Origin: a virus | IMG/VR virus record: IMGVR_UViG_3300037419_000815 | DNA length: 53,808 bases | Direction: 5' to 3' (one strand) | In this document: one piece after another, positions 34,301-42,643 of the stretch | Numbering within the stretch: position 1 is the first letter of the stretch | Layout: the number at the start of each line of letters is the position of its first letter | The notes under the pieces: model-generated | Told to the model about the DNA's origin: nothing | Seen by the model: the letters and a program-made list of their open reading frames with translations, nothing else | Databases searched by the model: none | Program-made: the position numbers and the translations under genes

Positions 34301-34602
34301 TGCGCAATGCTGGGGCGTTCCTGACTGGAACGAACAAGGGGCCACCAACCCTGCGCTATGGTTCCCGCGGTGACATCGGGACCCTGATGGGGCCGGGTAT
34401 AGGCATGGCCGATGATGCAATCACCGTGCTTAAAACCTTGGCCGCGCCGGCGACGGGGTCCGATGTGCAAAAGGCGCAGCGGCGGGCGGCAGTTGACGCC
34501 GCCTTCCGGCAGGTGCCTTACTACAGCTATCCGGGCATGCGCACGGCCATTGAATGGCTGGTCAAGCCTGGGGCATATAGTGCGGTCGGGGCGTCACAAT
34601 AG
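31366..34602 (+). CDS. large internal virion/ejection protein with C-terminal membrane segments, putative
   Basis: 1078 aa. TGATG coupling. Hydrophobic helices such as 'FVGGMIAMTAIGMLATYL'. Position matches T7 gp15/gp16-type proteins. Confidence 0.45.
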   Translation: MPLIDLAPTPLDTPFVGVPETATADQQSAAEQVRPEFSQTLGAAFRQNNLVGSFFSNKDMGAPEDVDLNFDAWGAIKGTPYEQYWDRFVDVHNPKAMGMRKAQIDMEAKDRQTLAASGWVGTLSDIGATVLDPTILLPVAGTVSKARGGISVARSALAAGASIAGITAAQEAGLHATQQLRTPEESAWAIGSSALLGTFIGGGAAAFLSRAEQKAATDALDRLRTQGSSINPTAEEAAGGAPRQAVSGGAAAAETATREDLTVAGRAARAVAESTDFLNPNLRLNASPSVAARRIGQQLAENTLFQNMHAEGETLGPAAETLMRTMMNGRLADAVSAHNQIFSAGRKANFGMTRPEFEDAVGEAMRRGDVGQNDFVTQAAQSWRQKLFDPFKDEAIAEKLLPSDVSVDTAESYFRRLYNQQRLTAREGEFKQIVRDWADAEVKRVAAAFDKETSDLLAKAKPAEVAALKGERGALRAEKFGNAGEDYAGEIADAVYSKLTGRGFDNNLPDHLVPTTRGPLKERTFHIPDALIEPFLESNVIHVGHEYARKMAAEIELTRRFGSADMAEQLRKIADEYTAIRKQVSDAKDIQTMRAISDRDPGAVKWLAEQVKKPDLEKTREGLLAYLGKSEKQDVQDVEAMRDLLRGTYKKASMRSIWGRIAHGVLAYNYITRLGGVILANVSEIFRPAMVYGMKSLMTEGFAPLLSGAKRAAAGMAINEAKLAGQVVERVLQHRLSSYAELGDPYRAGSAMERLLDQGSRIATRWNFLTVWTDGMKAVTSILAQNRILRAVRDGGDDRMLAYLGIDANVRARIADQFAKHGEEIDGVHVANTEKWTDPLAVRTYRAAMSKDIDSVIVTKSVGDVPLFANTPTGKLITQFKAFALASHQRVLLRGLQENQARFVGGMIAMTAIGMLATYLRALSANRVDKVSIDPQTGAFNPGWWIGEGLDQTGIFSVPMEFSNIVEKFSGVNPIKSPLRNAGAFLTGTNKGPPTLRYGSRGDIGTLMGPGIGMADDAITVLKTLAAPATGSDVQKAQRRAAVDAAFRQVPYYSYPGMRTAIEWLVKPGAYSAVGASQ

Positions 34603-34611
34603 GGAGGGATT

Positions 34612-34842
34612 GTGCTCGACGTCCTTCGGGTTTTGAGCGGGCTGCTGGCAATTGGACTGGGCGGGGTATTCACGATCGTCGGACTGAGGGCGGCGAGGCG
34701 GGATATCGGCGCCGACAGATTCGGGTCCATCCTTGGCGCGATCGGAGCATTCACGCTCGTTCTTTGCGGCATTGGGCTCGTCTTCGGCGTCCCATGGCTT
34801 GCGCAGGTCTTCGCGCCTGATACATGCGCTTGGTGCAATTGA
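34612..34842 (+). CDS. 2-TM small membrane protein (GTG start)
   Basis: AGGGAGGG Shine-Dalgarno. 'VLSGLLAIGLGGVFTIVGL' and 'ILGAIGAFTLVLCGIGLVFGV'. Confidence 0.6.
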   Translation: MLDVLRVLSGLLAIGLGGVFTIVGLRAARRDIGADRFGSILGAIGAFTLVLCGIGLVFGVPWLAQVFAPDTCAWCN

Positions 34843-35276
34843 TGCTCCGCGTCGCCGCTCTTCTCATCCTGCTCGCATCGTGTGCCAGGGCCGAAACCGT
34901 CGACGGCAACCGCATCGTGGTGATCGACGGCGACACCATCGGCCTCCCCTGCGCGAAGCCAGAGGCGGGTTGCTCCGAGCACATCCGCTTCATCGACATC
35001 GACGCCCCGGAATCGTTCCGCTCGCATTGCCCTGATGAACTCGCTGCCGGTCTCAAGGCCAAGGCGCGCGTCGTCGAACTGATCCGCGGCCAGGAGGTCG
35101 AGGTGCACCGCTCCGGCCGGCAGGACCGCTATCGCCGCACGCTGGCGAACATCTCGGTCCCGGCCGGCGACGTCGGCGCCATCCTGCTGAAGGAAGGCTT
35201 GGCGCGACCGTATAAGCCCGGCCGCCCGGCACACGCCGAGCGCATCGCATCCTGGTGCGGTCCAGGCGACTGGTAG
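34842..35276 (+). CDS. staphylococcal-nuclease (thermonuclease) family lipoprotein
   Basis: Signal peptide plus lipobox 'LLILLASC'. 'DGDTI...IRFIDIDAPE...DRYRRTLA...GAILLKEGLA' is the SNase pattern. TGATG start (alternative at 34824). Confidence 0.8.
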   Translation: MLRVAALLILLASCARAETVDGNRIVVIDGDTIGLPCAKPEAGCSEHIRFIDIDAPESFRSHCPDELAAGLKAKARVVELIRGQEVEVHRSGRQDRYRRTLANISVPAGDVGAILLKEGLARPYKPGRPAHAERIASWCGPGDW

Positions 35277-35303
35277 CCGAACTGACCCGACTTCTTCGAC
35301 ACA

Positions 35304-35328
35304 ACCCGCCCTCACCGGCGGGTTTTTT
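35304..35328 (+). terminator. rho-independent terminator
   Basis: Stem ACCCGCC/GGCGGGT, 6-nt loop, T6 run. Confidence 0.8.
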
Positions 35329-35343
35329 CATGCCGGAGTACTG

Positions 35344-36012
35344 ATGAGTTTTTCCAGCAAGGTCACGCTCTTCCGAACGGAAGACGCGACGGTCAACATT
35401 CGCATCCAGGGCCGGCAGGCAGCGCAAGTGCAAGACGCGCTGCTCGTCGCCGATGGCGTCAGCGTGCAGCTGGAAATGCGCGCCTACCCGGAGGCGGGCG
35501 CGCCGATTTTCGAAATCGAGACGCCGAACTTCACCGCAGGCGCGCCGAATTTCTGGGTCGTCGAGGACGGTCTCTGCCGCCTGACGCTGCCGCAATCGTT
35601 CTGGGACGATAAGCCCTGGCGGCGCTTTTCCATGGAGGTGTGGACGCAGACGCCGACCGCGCGCCAGCGCTGCGGCACGGTGCTGATCGACACCACGGAT
35701 GGCGATGCCTCGCCGATCCCAGGCGCAAACCGGGCACCGATCATCGATATCGACCGCTCCGGCACGATCGCGCTCGGCGGCGCGGCGCAATGGCTGGCAC
35801 CGGCCAATCCGAACCGCGTCTCGCTCACGGGTGAGAGCAACTCCGTCATCGAGATGTGGATCTCGGAGAACGGGCAGGCAGCAGGCCCGAACCTGCCGGG
35901 CTCGTATCTCCTGAAGGACGGCCAGATCTTCAAGGTCGAGACCAAGAACGCAATCAGCATCTACGGCGCCAACACCGGCCAGGCTTGGGCGGCCTTGGAG
36001 AAGACGACATGA
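35344..36012 (+). CDS. hypothetical tail-associated protein (222 aa)
   Basis: GGAG Shine-Dalgarno. ATGA-coupled to the tail-fibre gene. Confidence 0.55.
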   Translation: MSFSSKVTLFRTEDATVNIRIQGRQAAQVQDALLVADGVSVQLEMRAYPEAGAPIFEIETPNFTAGAPNFWVVEDGLCRLTLPQSFWDDKPWRRFSMEVWTQTPTARQRCGTVLIDTTDGDASPIPGANRAPIIDIDRSGTIALGGAAQWLAPANPNRVSLTGESNSVIEMWISENGQAAGPNLPGSYLLKDGQIFKVETKNAISIYGANTGQAWAALEKTT

Positions 36013-37298
36013 TCATTACAGGGGGCGTGTTCGGCACGATTGCGGCGCAGAACGCGAGCAACGTCTCGATCACGGGCGGCACGATTACCGGCATCACCGA
36101 CATCTCGGTGAGCGATGGAGGTACTGGCGCATCCAACCCGACGCAGGCGCGGACGAATCTCGGCATCGGGACGATCGGGACGCAGAATGCGGATGCGGTC
36201 GCGATCACGGGTGGGACGGTCGACGGCCTTGATCATGTGGCGTTCCACGAGAGCGACAACCATGCTTTCAAGCTGAGGTCGCGCGATGACGTGAGCATCG
36301 CCTACCCGGTGCCGTATCTCTATCCGAACGGTTCCGGCGCTGACTACACGATCGGCTTCGACCTGTTTCCGAAGGGCGCGCCTGGGGATGTCGGTGGCGG
36401 CCTTGGCAAGGCGTGGATTCATGGGGGTGATACCGATATCGTCCAGTTTCCGTCCGCGCCGTCGCGTTGGTTCCAGATTGGCATTACGACGAGCGCGGCG
36501 ACGTTCGGCTCACGCACCTTCAACGGCGGCACCTCGACGCCGATCTGGTTCTATGTCGATGGGACGGTCGAATACAAACTGTCGGCCTCGCTCATGGAGG
36601 TCATCCATGCGACGGTCAAGATCGATGTAGCTGGAAGCGTCGGCACGCCGGCGTTGGAGATCAACGGAGCCGGCATCTACCAATCGTCCAACACGATCAG
36701 CTTGACGCCGAACAAGTCGCTCCATTGCGACGTTACGACGACCGGCATCACCTACAGCATCGCCGGCGGCGGCAACAACTTCCTGACGTTGGTGTCCGAA
36801 GGCGCGCCGGCTATCGTCCTTCAGCGCTCATCGGCAAACGCATCGGAAGTCGACATCATTGCCCAGAAATCACGTGGCACCATCGCCTCGCCCGCGATCC
36901 TGGTGACGAACGACGTCATCCTCGACATCATCGGGCAGGGCCACAACGGTTCGGCCTTCGACGACGTCGCGCGTATCCGCATGCAGCTTGTGGAAACGTC
37001 GCCGGCTGTCGGCGCTATGGGCGGCCGGATGCTGTTCCACCTGAACGCCATCGGCGGAACGACGCTCAATGAAATCTTGCGCCTCGACAACGAAAACGGC
37101 TTGTCGATGTTCGGCGCGAACAAGGTCATCGACCAGAACCGCAATCATGTCTTGCGCTCCTACGCCAAGGCGTCGCTGCCATCGGCGGCTACGGCGGGCA
37201 TCATGATCTTTGTCACGGACGATGTTGGCGGTTCAACGCCGGCCTTCTCGGACGGCACCAACTGGCGTCGAGTGGCCGATCGCGCCGTCATCAGCTAG
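36009..37298 (+). CDS. tail fibre protein
   Basis: 'SDGGTGASNPTQARTNLGIGTIGTQN' is a typical tail-fibre N-terminal motif. Start taken at the ATGA overlap, not at 35856. Confidence 0.7.
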   Translation: MIITGGVFGTIAAQNASNVSITGGTITGITDISVSDGGTGASNPTQARTNLGIGTIGTQNADAVAITGGTVDGLDHVAFHESDNHAFKLRSRDDVSIAYPVPYLYPNGSGADYTIGFDLFPKGAPGDVGGGLGKAWIHGGDTDIVQFPSAPSRWFQIGITTSAATFGSRTFNGGTSTPIWFYVDGTVEYKLSASLMEVIHATVKIDVAGSVGTPALEINGAGIYQSSNTISLTPNKSLHCDVTTTGITYSIAGGGNNFLTLVSEGAPAIVLQRSSANASEVDIIAQKSRGTIASPAILVTNDVILDIIGQGHNGSAFDDVARIRMQLVETSPAVGAMGGRMLFHLNAIGGTTLNEILRLDNENGLSMFGANKVIDQNRNHVLRSYAKASLPSAATAGIMIFVTDDVGGSTPAFSDGTNWRRVADRAVIS

Positions 37299-37478
37299 GC
37301 CGAACCTCTCCAAGATCCATTTCGCGAGCGCTACGGCGTTCTCTCTCGGCATCGCGATCATACCGCCCTTCTCGTCCGGCTCGGCAACCCGGATCGTCAC
37401 GCCCTCTCCTCCGACATCCACCTCGATCCAATTGGTCGGCGTCTTCTCGTCGCCGAACAGAAACAGGTTCTCATCCAT
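37233..37478 (-). CDS. hypothetical 81-aa protein encoded antisense between two tail-fibre genes
   Basis: High third-position GC when counted by eye. GAGAGGA Shine-Dalgarno. Overlaps the 3' end of 36009..37298 by 66 nt. The plus-strand frames here look non-coding. Confidence 0.6.
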   Translation of the reverse strand: MDENLFLFGDEKTPTNWIEVDVGGEGVTIRVAEPDEKGGMIAMPRENAVALAKWILERFGLADDGAIGHSTPVGAVREGRR

Positions 37479-37520
37479 CGCGGGTCCTCTCGCGGCGATC
37501 CTACGACCTGAGAGACTAAC

Positions 37521-39494
37521 ATGCAGCTTGCCGAAGTCACCTTCGTCCTCACTGGGCCTGATCCGTTCTTGTTCCCCGCCTGGCGGGACCTGAACATGAA
37601 CCTCCACAAGGTCATCAACCTGCGCGACGGCACGGAAGACCACGATGCGGTCAACCTCTACCAGCTCAAGCAGGTTCCGAAGGGCGACAAGGGTGAGAAG
37701 GGCGATCCGGGCGGCTCGATCGACTTTGACGCGATTGTCGATGGCCTTGCAGATTTCAACATCGACCTGACGCAGCAAGCGCCGGCCGACATCAACGGCA
37801 TCTCGGCCGATCCCGGCATCCGCTTCCTGCTCATCAAGCAATCCGCGATCCTGCCGAATCCTCCCGGTCCTCCGGCGGGGTGGCTCAATGGCATCTACGT
37901 CGTCGGCGACGATCTGATGCTGACACGCGATGTCGATTTCTATACTGGCGATTTTATCGTCGGGACCCCAGGCGTTCAGGGTTACCGCGTCTTCATATCT
38001 GCAAGCCAGGGCGGCGCAGAAGATGCCGCTTTCCAGAATACCGTCTGGGAAATGGTGCAGCTCAACGGCATCATCGTCGATGCGCAGGCCAACACTTGGA
38101 ATGGGCCGCTTCAGACCAACTCACCGACCGTTCCTGCCGGCGTCGTCTTTGGCGGGTCCGCCAACCCGAAGGCTCCATTCCGGCCCTATGACGATGTCCG
38201 CCTGACGCCGAACCATATCGGGCGCTTCAAGGGCGGTCGCGACGGCAAGCAGCGCGTTTCGCCGTGGTGGATGCATCGGCGTCTCAACTTCCTGTCGAAC
38301 TACTTCCGCCACGATCTGGCGTGGAACGGGGGCGAGGCGCTGCTTGCGGCGCTGTCCGAGCCGATGATCGACGAGGTTATCATCGACACGCACGAACTGT
38401 ACTTCGGCGCGCCCTGCGTGCTGCCGGCGACGCTGCACGACAAGCGCATCATCTGCGACCCCGGCAAGACGCATGAGGGGCACGTCACCATCCGCGTCAA
38501 CCAGGGCGTCGCGACGCCGGGCGGTCTCAAGTTCCAGGGCTCGCGCTGGGACATCATCGGCCACATGCACGTGGCGACCATCGACCAATACACCGGCACG
38601 TCCGTCAACGCTGCCGGCGTGCAGTTCGATGACGGCGTGACCGACATCACCTTCCGCGATGGGCTGACCTGCGAGGGCTTTGCCTACGGCATCTACTTTG
38701 TCAACTCGGCTTCGCGCATCAAGGTCAACGGCTGGGGCTCGTTCAGCCCTGGCATTGCTGGCGTGTCGATGAACAGCACGACGTCAGCCTATCTCACCGA
38801 TATCCAGTTCTCCGACATCCGCAGCGACGCGGCGCTCACTGTCATCGCGGGCACTGAGCCGCCCTATCATTTCAGGTTCGGTCGTCATACGGGCTCTTCG
38901 ACCGAGCTTGGCGTCGCACTTCGCCGTGGCAAGATGACGGGCGGTCGAACCGGCATCCTCCTCAATCAGCCGAACTCCCCACCGGCTGCCGGGACTGACG
39001 ATCCTGATGGCCCGCGGAACTTTTTCTTCCAGGACCTGATTGTCAGCAGCACCGAACGAGATGCCCTGCTGTTCGACGCTGGCGCGAAAGTCGTCATGAG
39101 CGGCGTGCACGCCCTTTCCGCCGGCCGGCACGGTCTCAACATCTCCACGACTTTCCAGGGCCAAATCAAGGCGGGTGGTTGCGAGTTTCTGTCTTCGCAG
39201 CAGCACGGCATCAACGACGCGGCCCAATACGCCATCTCCAAGGTCTTCGAGGGCTGCGTCACCTCCGCCAATGGCCAAGCCGCCAGCAACACCTATGACG
39301 GCTACTCGGCCGTATCGGGTGTCTACAATGTGCGCCTGATTGGCCATACGTCCGGCCCGCTGGTCAGTAATCTCGCCGCAGCCGTTTCTGCCGGCTCGCA
39401 GCGGTACGGCATCCGCAACGTGGTCAGCGGCTCGAACGGCAACCTCATCGCCGGCGAAGACGTCCGCGGCAACGCGACAGCCGGCATCGGCTGA
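37521..39494 (+). CDS. tailspike/tail fibre with short collagen-like repeat and beta-helix-like C-terminal part
   Basis: 'LHKVINLRDGTEDHDAVNLYQL', 'KGDKGEKGDPGG' (nt ~37680-37715), and repetitive beta-helix-like segments. Confidence 0.65.
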   Translation: MQLAEVTFVLTGPDPFLFPAWRDLNMNLHKVINLRDGTEDHDAVNLYQLKQVPKGDKGEKGDPGGSIDFDAIVDGLADFNIDLTQQAPADINGISADPGIRFLLIKQSAILPNPPGPPAGWLNGIYVVGDDLMLTRDVDFYTGDFIVGTPGVQGYRVFISASQGGAEDAAFQNTVWEMVQLNGIIVDAQANTWNGPLQTNSPTVPAGVVFGGSANPKAPFRPYDDVRLTPNHIGRFKGGRDGKQRVSPWWMHRRLNFLSNYFRHDLAWNGGEALLAALSEPMIDEVIIDTHELYFGAPCVLPATLHDKRIICDPGKTHEGHVTIRVNQGVATPGGLKFQGSRWDIIGHMHVATIDQYTGTSVNAAGVQFDDGVTDITFRDGLTCEGFAYGIYFVNSASRIKVNGWGSFSPGIAGVSMNSTTSAYLTDIQFSDIRSDAALTVIAGTEPPYHFRFGRHTGSSTELGVALRRGKMTGGRTGILLNQPNSPPAAGTDDPDGPRNFFFQDLIVSSTERDALLFDAGAKVVMSGVHALSAGRHGLNISTTFQGQIKAGGCEFLSSQQHGINDAAQYAISKVFEGCVTSANGQAASNTYDGYSAVSGVYNVRLIGHTSGPLVSNLAAAVSAGSQRYGIRNVVSGSNGNLIAGEDVRGNATAGIG

Positions 39495-39523
39495 CGCTTC
39501 CTCCTCCTATCCCGTCCTCATGC

Positions 39524-39548
39524 AGCCCGCCTCTCCGGCGGGCTTTTT
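39524..39548 (+). terminator. rho-independent terminator
   Basis: Stem AGCCCGCC/GGCGGGCT, 5-nt loop, T5 run. Near-identical in design to the terminator at 35304. Confidence 0.8.
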
Positions 39549-39563
39549 CGTGCTGGAGCTGCA

Positions 39564-41171
39564 ATGGCAACCTACAAGGCCGATGTGGTCATCTACGGCC
39601 AGACGCTGGCGGCGATCCTTTGCGCTGCGGCCGTCGCCGACGCCGGCAAGAAGCCGCTGCTGGTCAATCCGGTGAAGCATTGGGGCGGCGTGGCCGCCTC
39701 CGGCCTGCTCAATTGGGACTACGGCCCCGGCGATATCCGCTACCGCGGCAGCTACCTCGAAGCGCTGCTCTACAAGCTGATGCTCGGGCGCACCGGCGAC
39801 GACAACTATGCCTACAGGTTTTTGGCGAGGGACATCGCCTGGGGCGGCCAGACACTCGGGCAATATTACGGCGTCCGCGTCCTGCCGAACCACAAGTACG
39901 TCTCCTGCGTCGGCGGCAAGCTGGACGCGCCCGGCTCGGCGATCACCTCCGTGACGTTCCGCGACAGCGGCGGCAACGATCATACCGTGGTGCCTTACGG
40001 CTCGGACATGATCTGCATCGCCGGCACCTACGACAGCGACTGGGGCCGCGAGGTTGCGACCTACGTCATCGGCCGCGAGCCGCAGTCGCTCTACAACGAG
40101 CCGCACGCTGGCTTCGGCCACAACATGCTGGCGTCGACCGTGCCGACGACATTCTACCCCGACAACATCACCTATCTGCCGGGCTACAGGGCCTACCCGA
40201 TCGGCGCCGTCGAGGGCGAGGGTGATGGCGATTTTGCCGATCCAGGCGGTGGCAATATCACCAATCCCGCCATCCAGCCCTGTGGTGTCCGTATCCCGCT
40301 GTCGCGCTATAAGGACGGCTTCTGCCGTCGTTTCTTTGAGCCGTCAGGTTACGATTACAACAAGATCGCTTTCATCTACCCGTATCCGGAAGCCGCAATA
40401 TTCAACATTACTACGCCAGCGAGTCAGGGCGTCTTCGAATACAACGGCGATACGTCGAACGATCTGACGATGCGCTATCTCAACGGCGCGCCGGCCCCGA
40501 TCGACCGCTGGGCTGTGCGCGGCGAGGGGCCGGACGGTGCCAACCCCGGCACGGTCTGGCAGGACGCTATCGACCAGATGATCGGGCGCTTCTGGTTTCT
40601 CCAGACGGATCAGCGGGTCCCGGCGTTTATGCGCAAGCGAACGTCGCAGTGGGGGTTCGTTTCGGACGAGTTTCCGAACAACAGTTCGCTGCCTTACGAG
40701 ATCTACGTCCGCTCCGGCTACAGGCTGAAATCGACGTTCGTCATCACCGAGAACTATTGCTCGCCGACAGGCTCGGACGAGGCAGACGTCGTGGCCCGCG
40801 CGTCCTACGGCATGGACATCCATACCGAAGCACGCTGGGTGACGACGCCTGGCATCTTCTACACCGACAACGGCTTCAACAACGACCCGCTCGGGACGCT
40901 CGCCCGCAAGACGCGTAACTACGGCATCCCGTGGCGCGCGCTGAAGGCGGATCCGGCCGACTGCACGAACTGGATCGATATCCTGCACTATTCGCAGACC
41001 GCCAAAGCAGAAGGCTCGGGCCGTATGGAGCCGGCATTCCTCTACAACGGCGTCGCTGCCGGATACATCGCCGCGCGCTGCCTTCAGCTCGGCGAGACGC
41101 TGGCGACGATCGACATCCCGACCATGCAGACGGAACTGGCGGCCAAGGGCCATTTCTGCTTCGCGCCATAA
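39564..41171 (+). CDS. FAD-dependent-oxidoreductase-fold protein with degenerate dinucleotide-binding motif
   Basis: N-terminus 'ADVVIYGQTLAAILCAAAVADAGKKPLLVNP..WGGVAASGL' parallels 'DVVVVGGGxAGxxAA....G.KVLLvE...lGG..tSG', but it reads GQTLAA instead of GxGxxG. Confidence 0.45.
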   Translation: MATYKADVVIYGQTLAAILCAAAVADAGKKPLLVNPVKHWGGVAASGLLNWDYGPGDIRYRGSYLEALLYKLMLGRTGDDNYAYRFLARDIAWGGQTLGQYYGVRVLPNHKYVSCVGGKLDAPGSAITSVTFRDSGGNDHTVVPYGSDMICIAGTYDSDWGREVATYVIGREPQSLYNEPHAGFGHNMLASTVPTTFYPDNITYLPGYRAYPIGAVEGEGDGDFADPGGGNITNPAIQPCGVRIPLSRYKDGFCRRFFEPSGYDYNKIAFIYPYPEAAIFNITTPASQGVFEYNGDTSNDLTMRYLNGAPAPIDRWAVRGEGPDGANPGTVWQDAIDQMIGRFWFLQTDQRVPAFMRKRTSQWGFVSDEFPNNSSLPYEIYVRSGYRLKSTFVITENYCSPTGSDEADVVARASYGMDIHTEARWVTTPGIFYTDNGFNNDPLGTLARKTRNYGIPWRALKADPADCTNWIDILHYSQTAKAEGSGRMEPAFLYNGVAAGYIAARCLQLGETLATIDIPTMQTELAAKGHFCFAP

Positions 41172-41183
41172 AGGAAGACGACC

Positions 41184-41615
41184 ATGGCAGATCAATCAAT
41201 TGCCGATACCATTTCCGGTGTCATCCGCCGCTTTCGCGACAACGGCGACGGCACCTTCTCAGAACAGGTGGTTGTGGGGGCACCACCGACCTTCTTTTGG
41301 CAGTATGCTGCGGCCTCCGGCGGCATCGTCAATACCTCGGACGTTGTCGCGCAGGCGGCTGGAGGCGCCGGTATTCGCCACTACATCAAGAGCCTGCAGG
41401 TCAAGAACACGCATGCGACCGTCGCCACCGAGTTCGTCATCAAGGACGGCTCGACGGTCAAGTGGCGGATGAACCTGCCGGCGCTCATGGTCACTGCCGA
41501 AGCCATTGAGTTCGATCCGCCGATCCGCTGCACGGCGAACACCGCGCTCAACATCGCCAACATCACGACGGGTGCCGCAGTCTACGCCAACCTGCAGGGC
41601 TACGACGCACCATGA
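41184..41615 (+). CDS. hypothetical beta-rich protein (143 aa)
   Basis: AAGGAAG Shine-Dalgarno. ATGA-coupled to the endolysin gene. Confidence 0.55.
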   Translation: MADQSIADTISGVIRRFRDNGDGTFSEQVVVGAPPTFFWQYAAASGGIVNTSDVVAQAAGGAGIRHYIKSLQVKNTHATVATEFVIKDGSTVKWRMNLPALMVTAEAIEFDPPIRCTANTALNIANITTGAAVYANLQGYDAP

Positions 41616-42409
41616 TCGACACCCGCGCCATACAGCAGCGTCTCAACGAAATCCTCGGCCTCAAGCTCGCCGTCGATGGCGACTACGGCCCCAAGACCAA
41701 ACGCGCCGTCGAGATGTTCCAGGCATCTCGCGGGCTGGTGGCGGATGGGGTGGTCGGACCACGGACGCTGGCGGCGCTGTTTCCGCAGATGGCAGGCGTA
41801 ACGCCGCCTTTGCCGATCGGCCTCATCACCGGCGCTCGCGTCAAGCTCTTCGCTTCGCGTGCGCTGCCATCGATCCTCGACGCCTTCGACTACATGCAGG
41901 CGGACCTTGCCGCCGCCGGTCTGACGACACCGCTGCGGGCGCAACATTTTATGGCGCAGGTTGCCACGGAAACCGGCGGCCTCGCGCACCTCGAAGAGAA
42001 CCTGAACTATTCGGCGCAACGTTTGGTGCATGTTTGGCCGAACCGCTTTCCAAATATTGCCGCTGCCGCGCCCTACGCGCACAATCCAGAAGCGCTCGCC
42101 AATCATGTCTACGGCGGTAGGCTCGGCAACGTGCTTCCCGACGATGGCTGGCGCTATCGTGGCTCTGGGCTGATGCAGGTAACCGGAAGGGCGAACTTCC
42201 GCGCTATCGGCCACGAGGACGATCCGCAGGTGCTCCGCACGGCCGGGCCGGCGCTGAAATCGGCGCTGGCCTTCTGGACTGACCGCAACCTCAATGCCGC
42301 AGCCGATGCCGACGACGTGAAGCTGGTGCGCAAGGTGGTCAATGGCGGCAGCATCGGGCTCGGCGATGCGCGGACGTGGCTCGCGAAGGCGCGGAAGATT
42401 TTCGTCTGA
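41612..42409 (+). CDS. endolysin: peptidoglycan-binding domain plus GH19 (chitinase-like) muramidase
   Basis: 'VDGDYGPKTKRAVEMFQASRGLVADGVVGPRTLAAL' (PG_binding_1). 'ETGGL..LEENLNYS...YGGRLGN...DGWRYRGSGLMQVTGRANF' (GH19). Confidence 0.85.
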   Translation: MIDTRAIQQRLNEILGLKLAVDGDYGPKTKRAVEMFQASRGLVADGVVGPRTLAALFPQMAGVTPPLPIGLITGARVKLFASRALPSILDAFDYMQADLAAAGLTTPLRAQHFMAQVATETGGLAHLEENLNYSAQRLVHVWPNRFPNIAAAAPYAHNPEALANHVYGGRLGNVLPDDGWRYRGSGLMQVTGRANFRAIGHEDDPQVLRTAGPALKSALAFWTDRNLNAAADADDVKLVRKVVNGGSIGLGDARTWLAKARKIFV

Positions 42410-42589
42410 TCTCCGCCTAACGGGGCGCTGTGAGCGTGCGGGCCGGGCTTGAGTACCGGCTGTCGCTGGCCCGCTTGAAGTAAGCCAATGGGTGCCTTTC
42501 CCATTCGTCCGGGCCTAGCCGTGTCAGTTTCACCTATTGCCTGCACGGTTCCTGTTTAGGGACAGGTGACGGTCCCGCGCTTCCTTCAG

Positions 42590-42622
42590 CGCCGCCGCAC
42601 GCTCACCCTCTGCTTATAGCAG
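42590..42622. repeat. left copy of the direct repeat flanking the HNH insertion
   Basis: 'CGCCGCCGCACGCTCAC' is identical (17 nt) to 43085-43101. The next ~16 nt are similar, with indels. Confidence 0.7.
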
Positions 42623-42643
42623 ATGCGGTGTCGAGCTGAAAGC

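Noticed and set aside
35856-36008. Upstream extension of the tail-fibre ORF (track start at 35856)
   Set aside because: It would overlap the preceding gene by 157 nt in another frame and encodes an Arg/Gly/Pro-rich leader. The ATG at 36009 forms an ATGA overlap with the upstream stop and precedes the typical fibre N-terminus.
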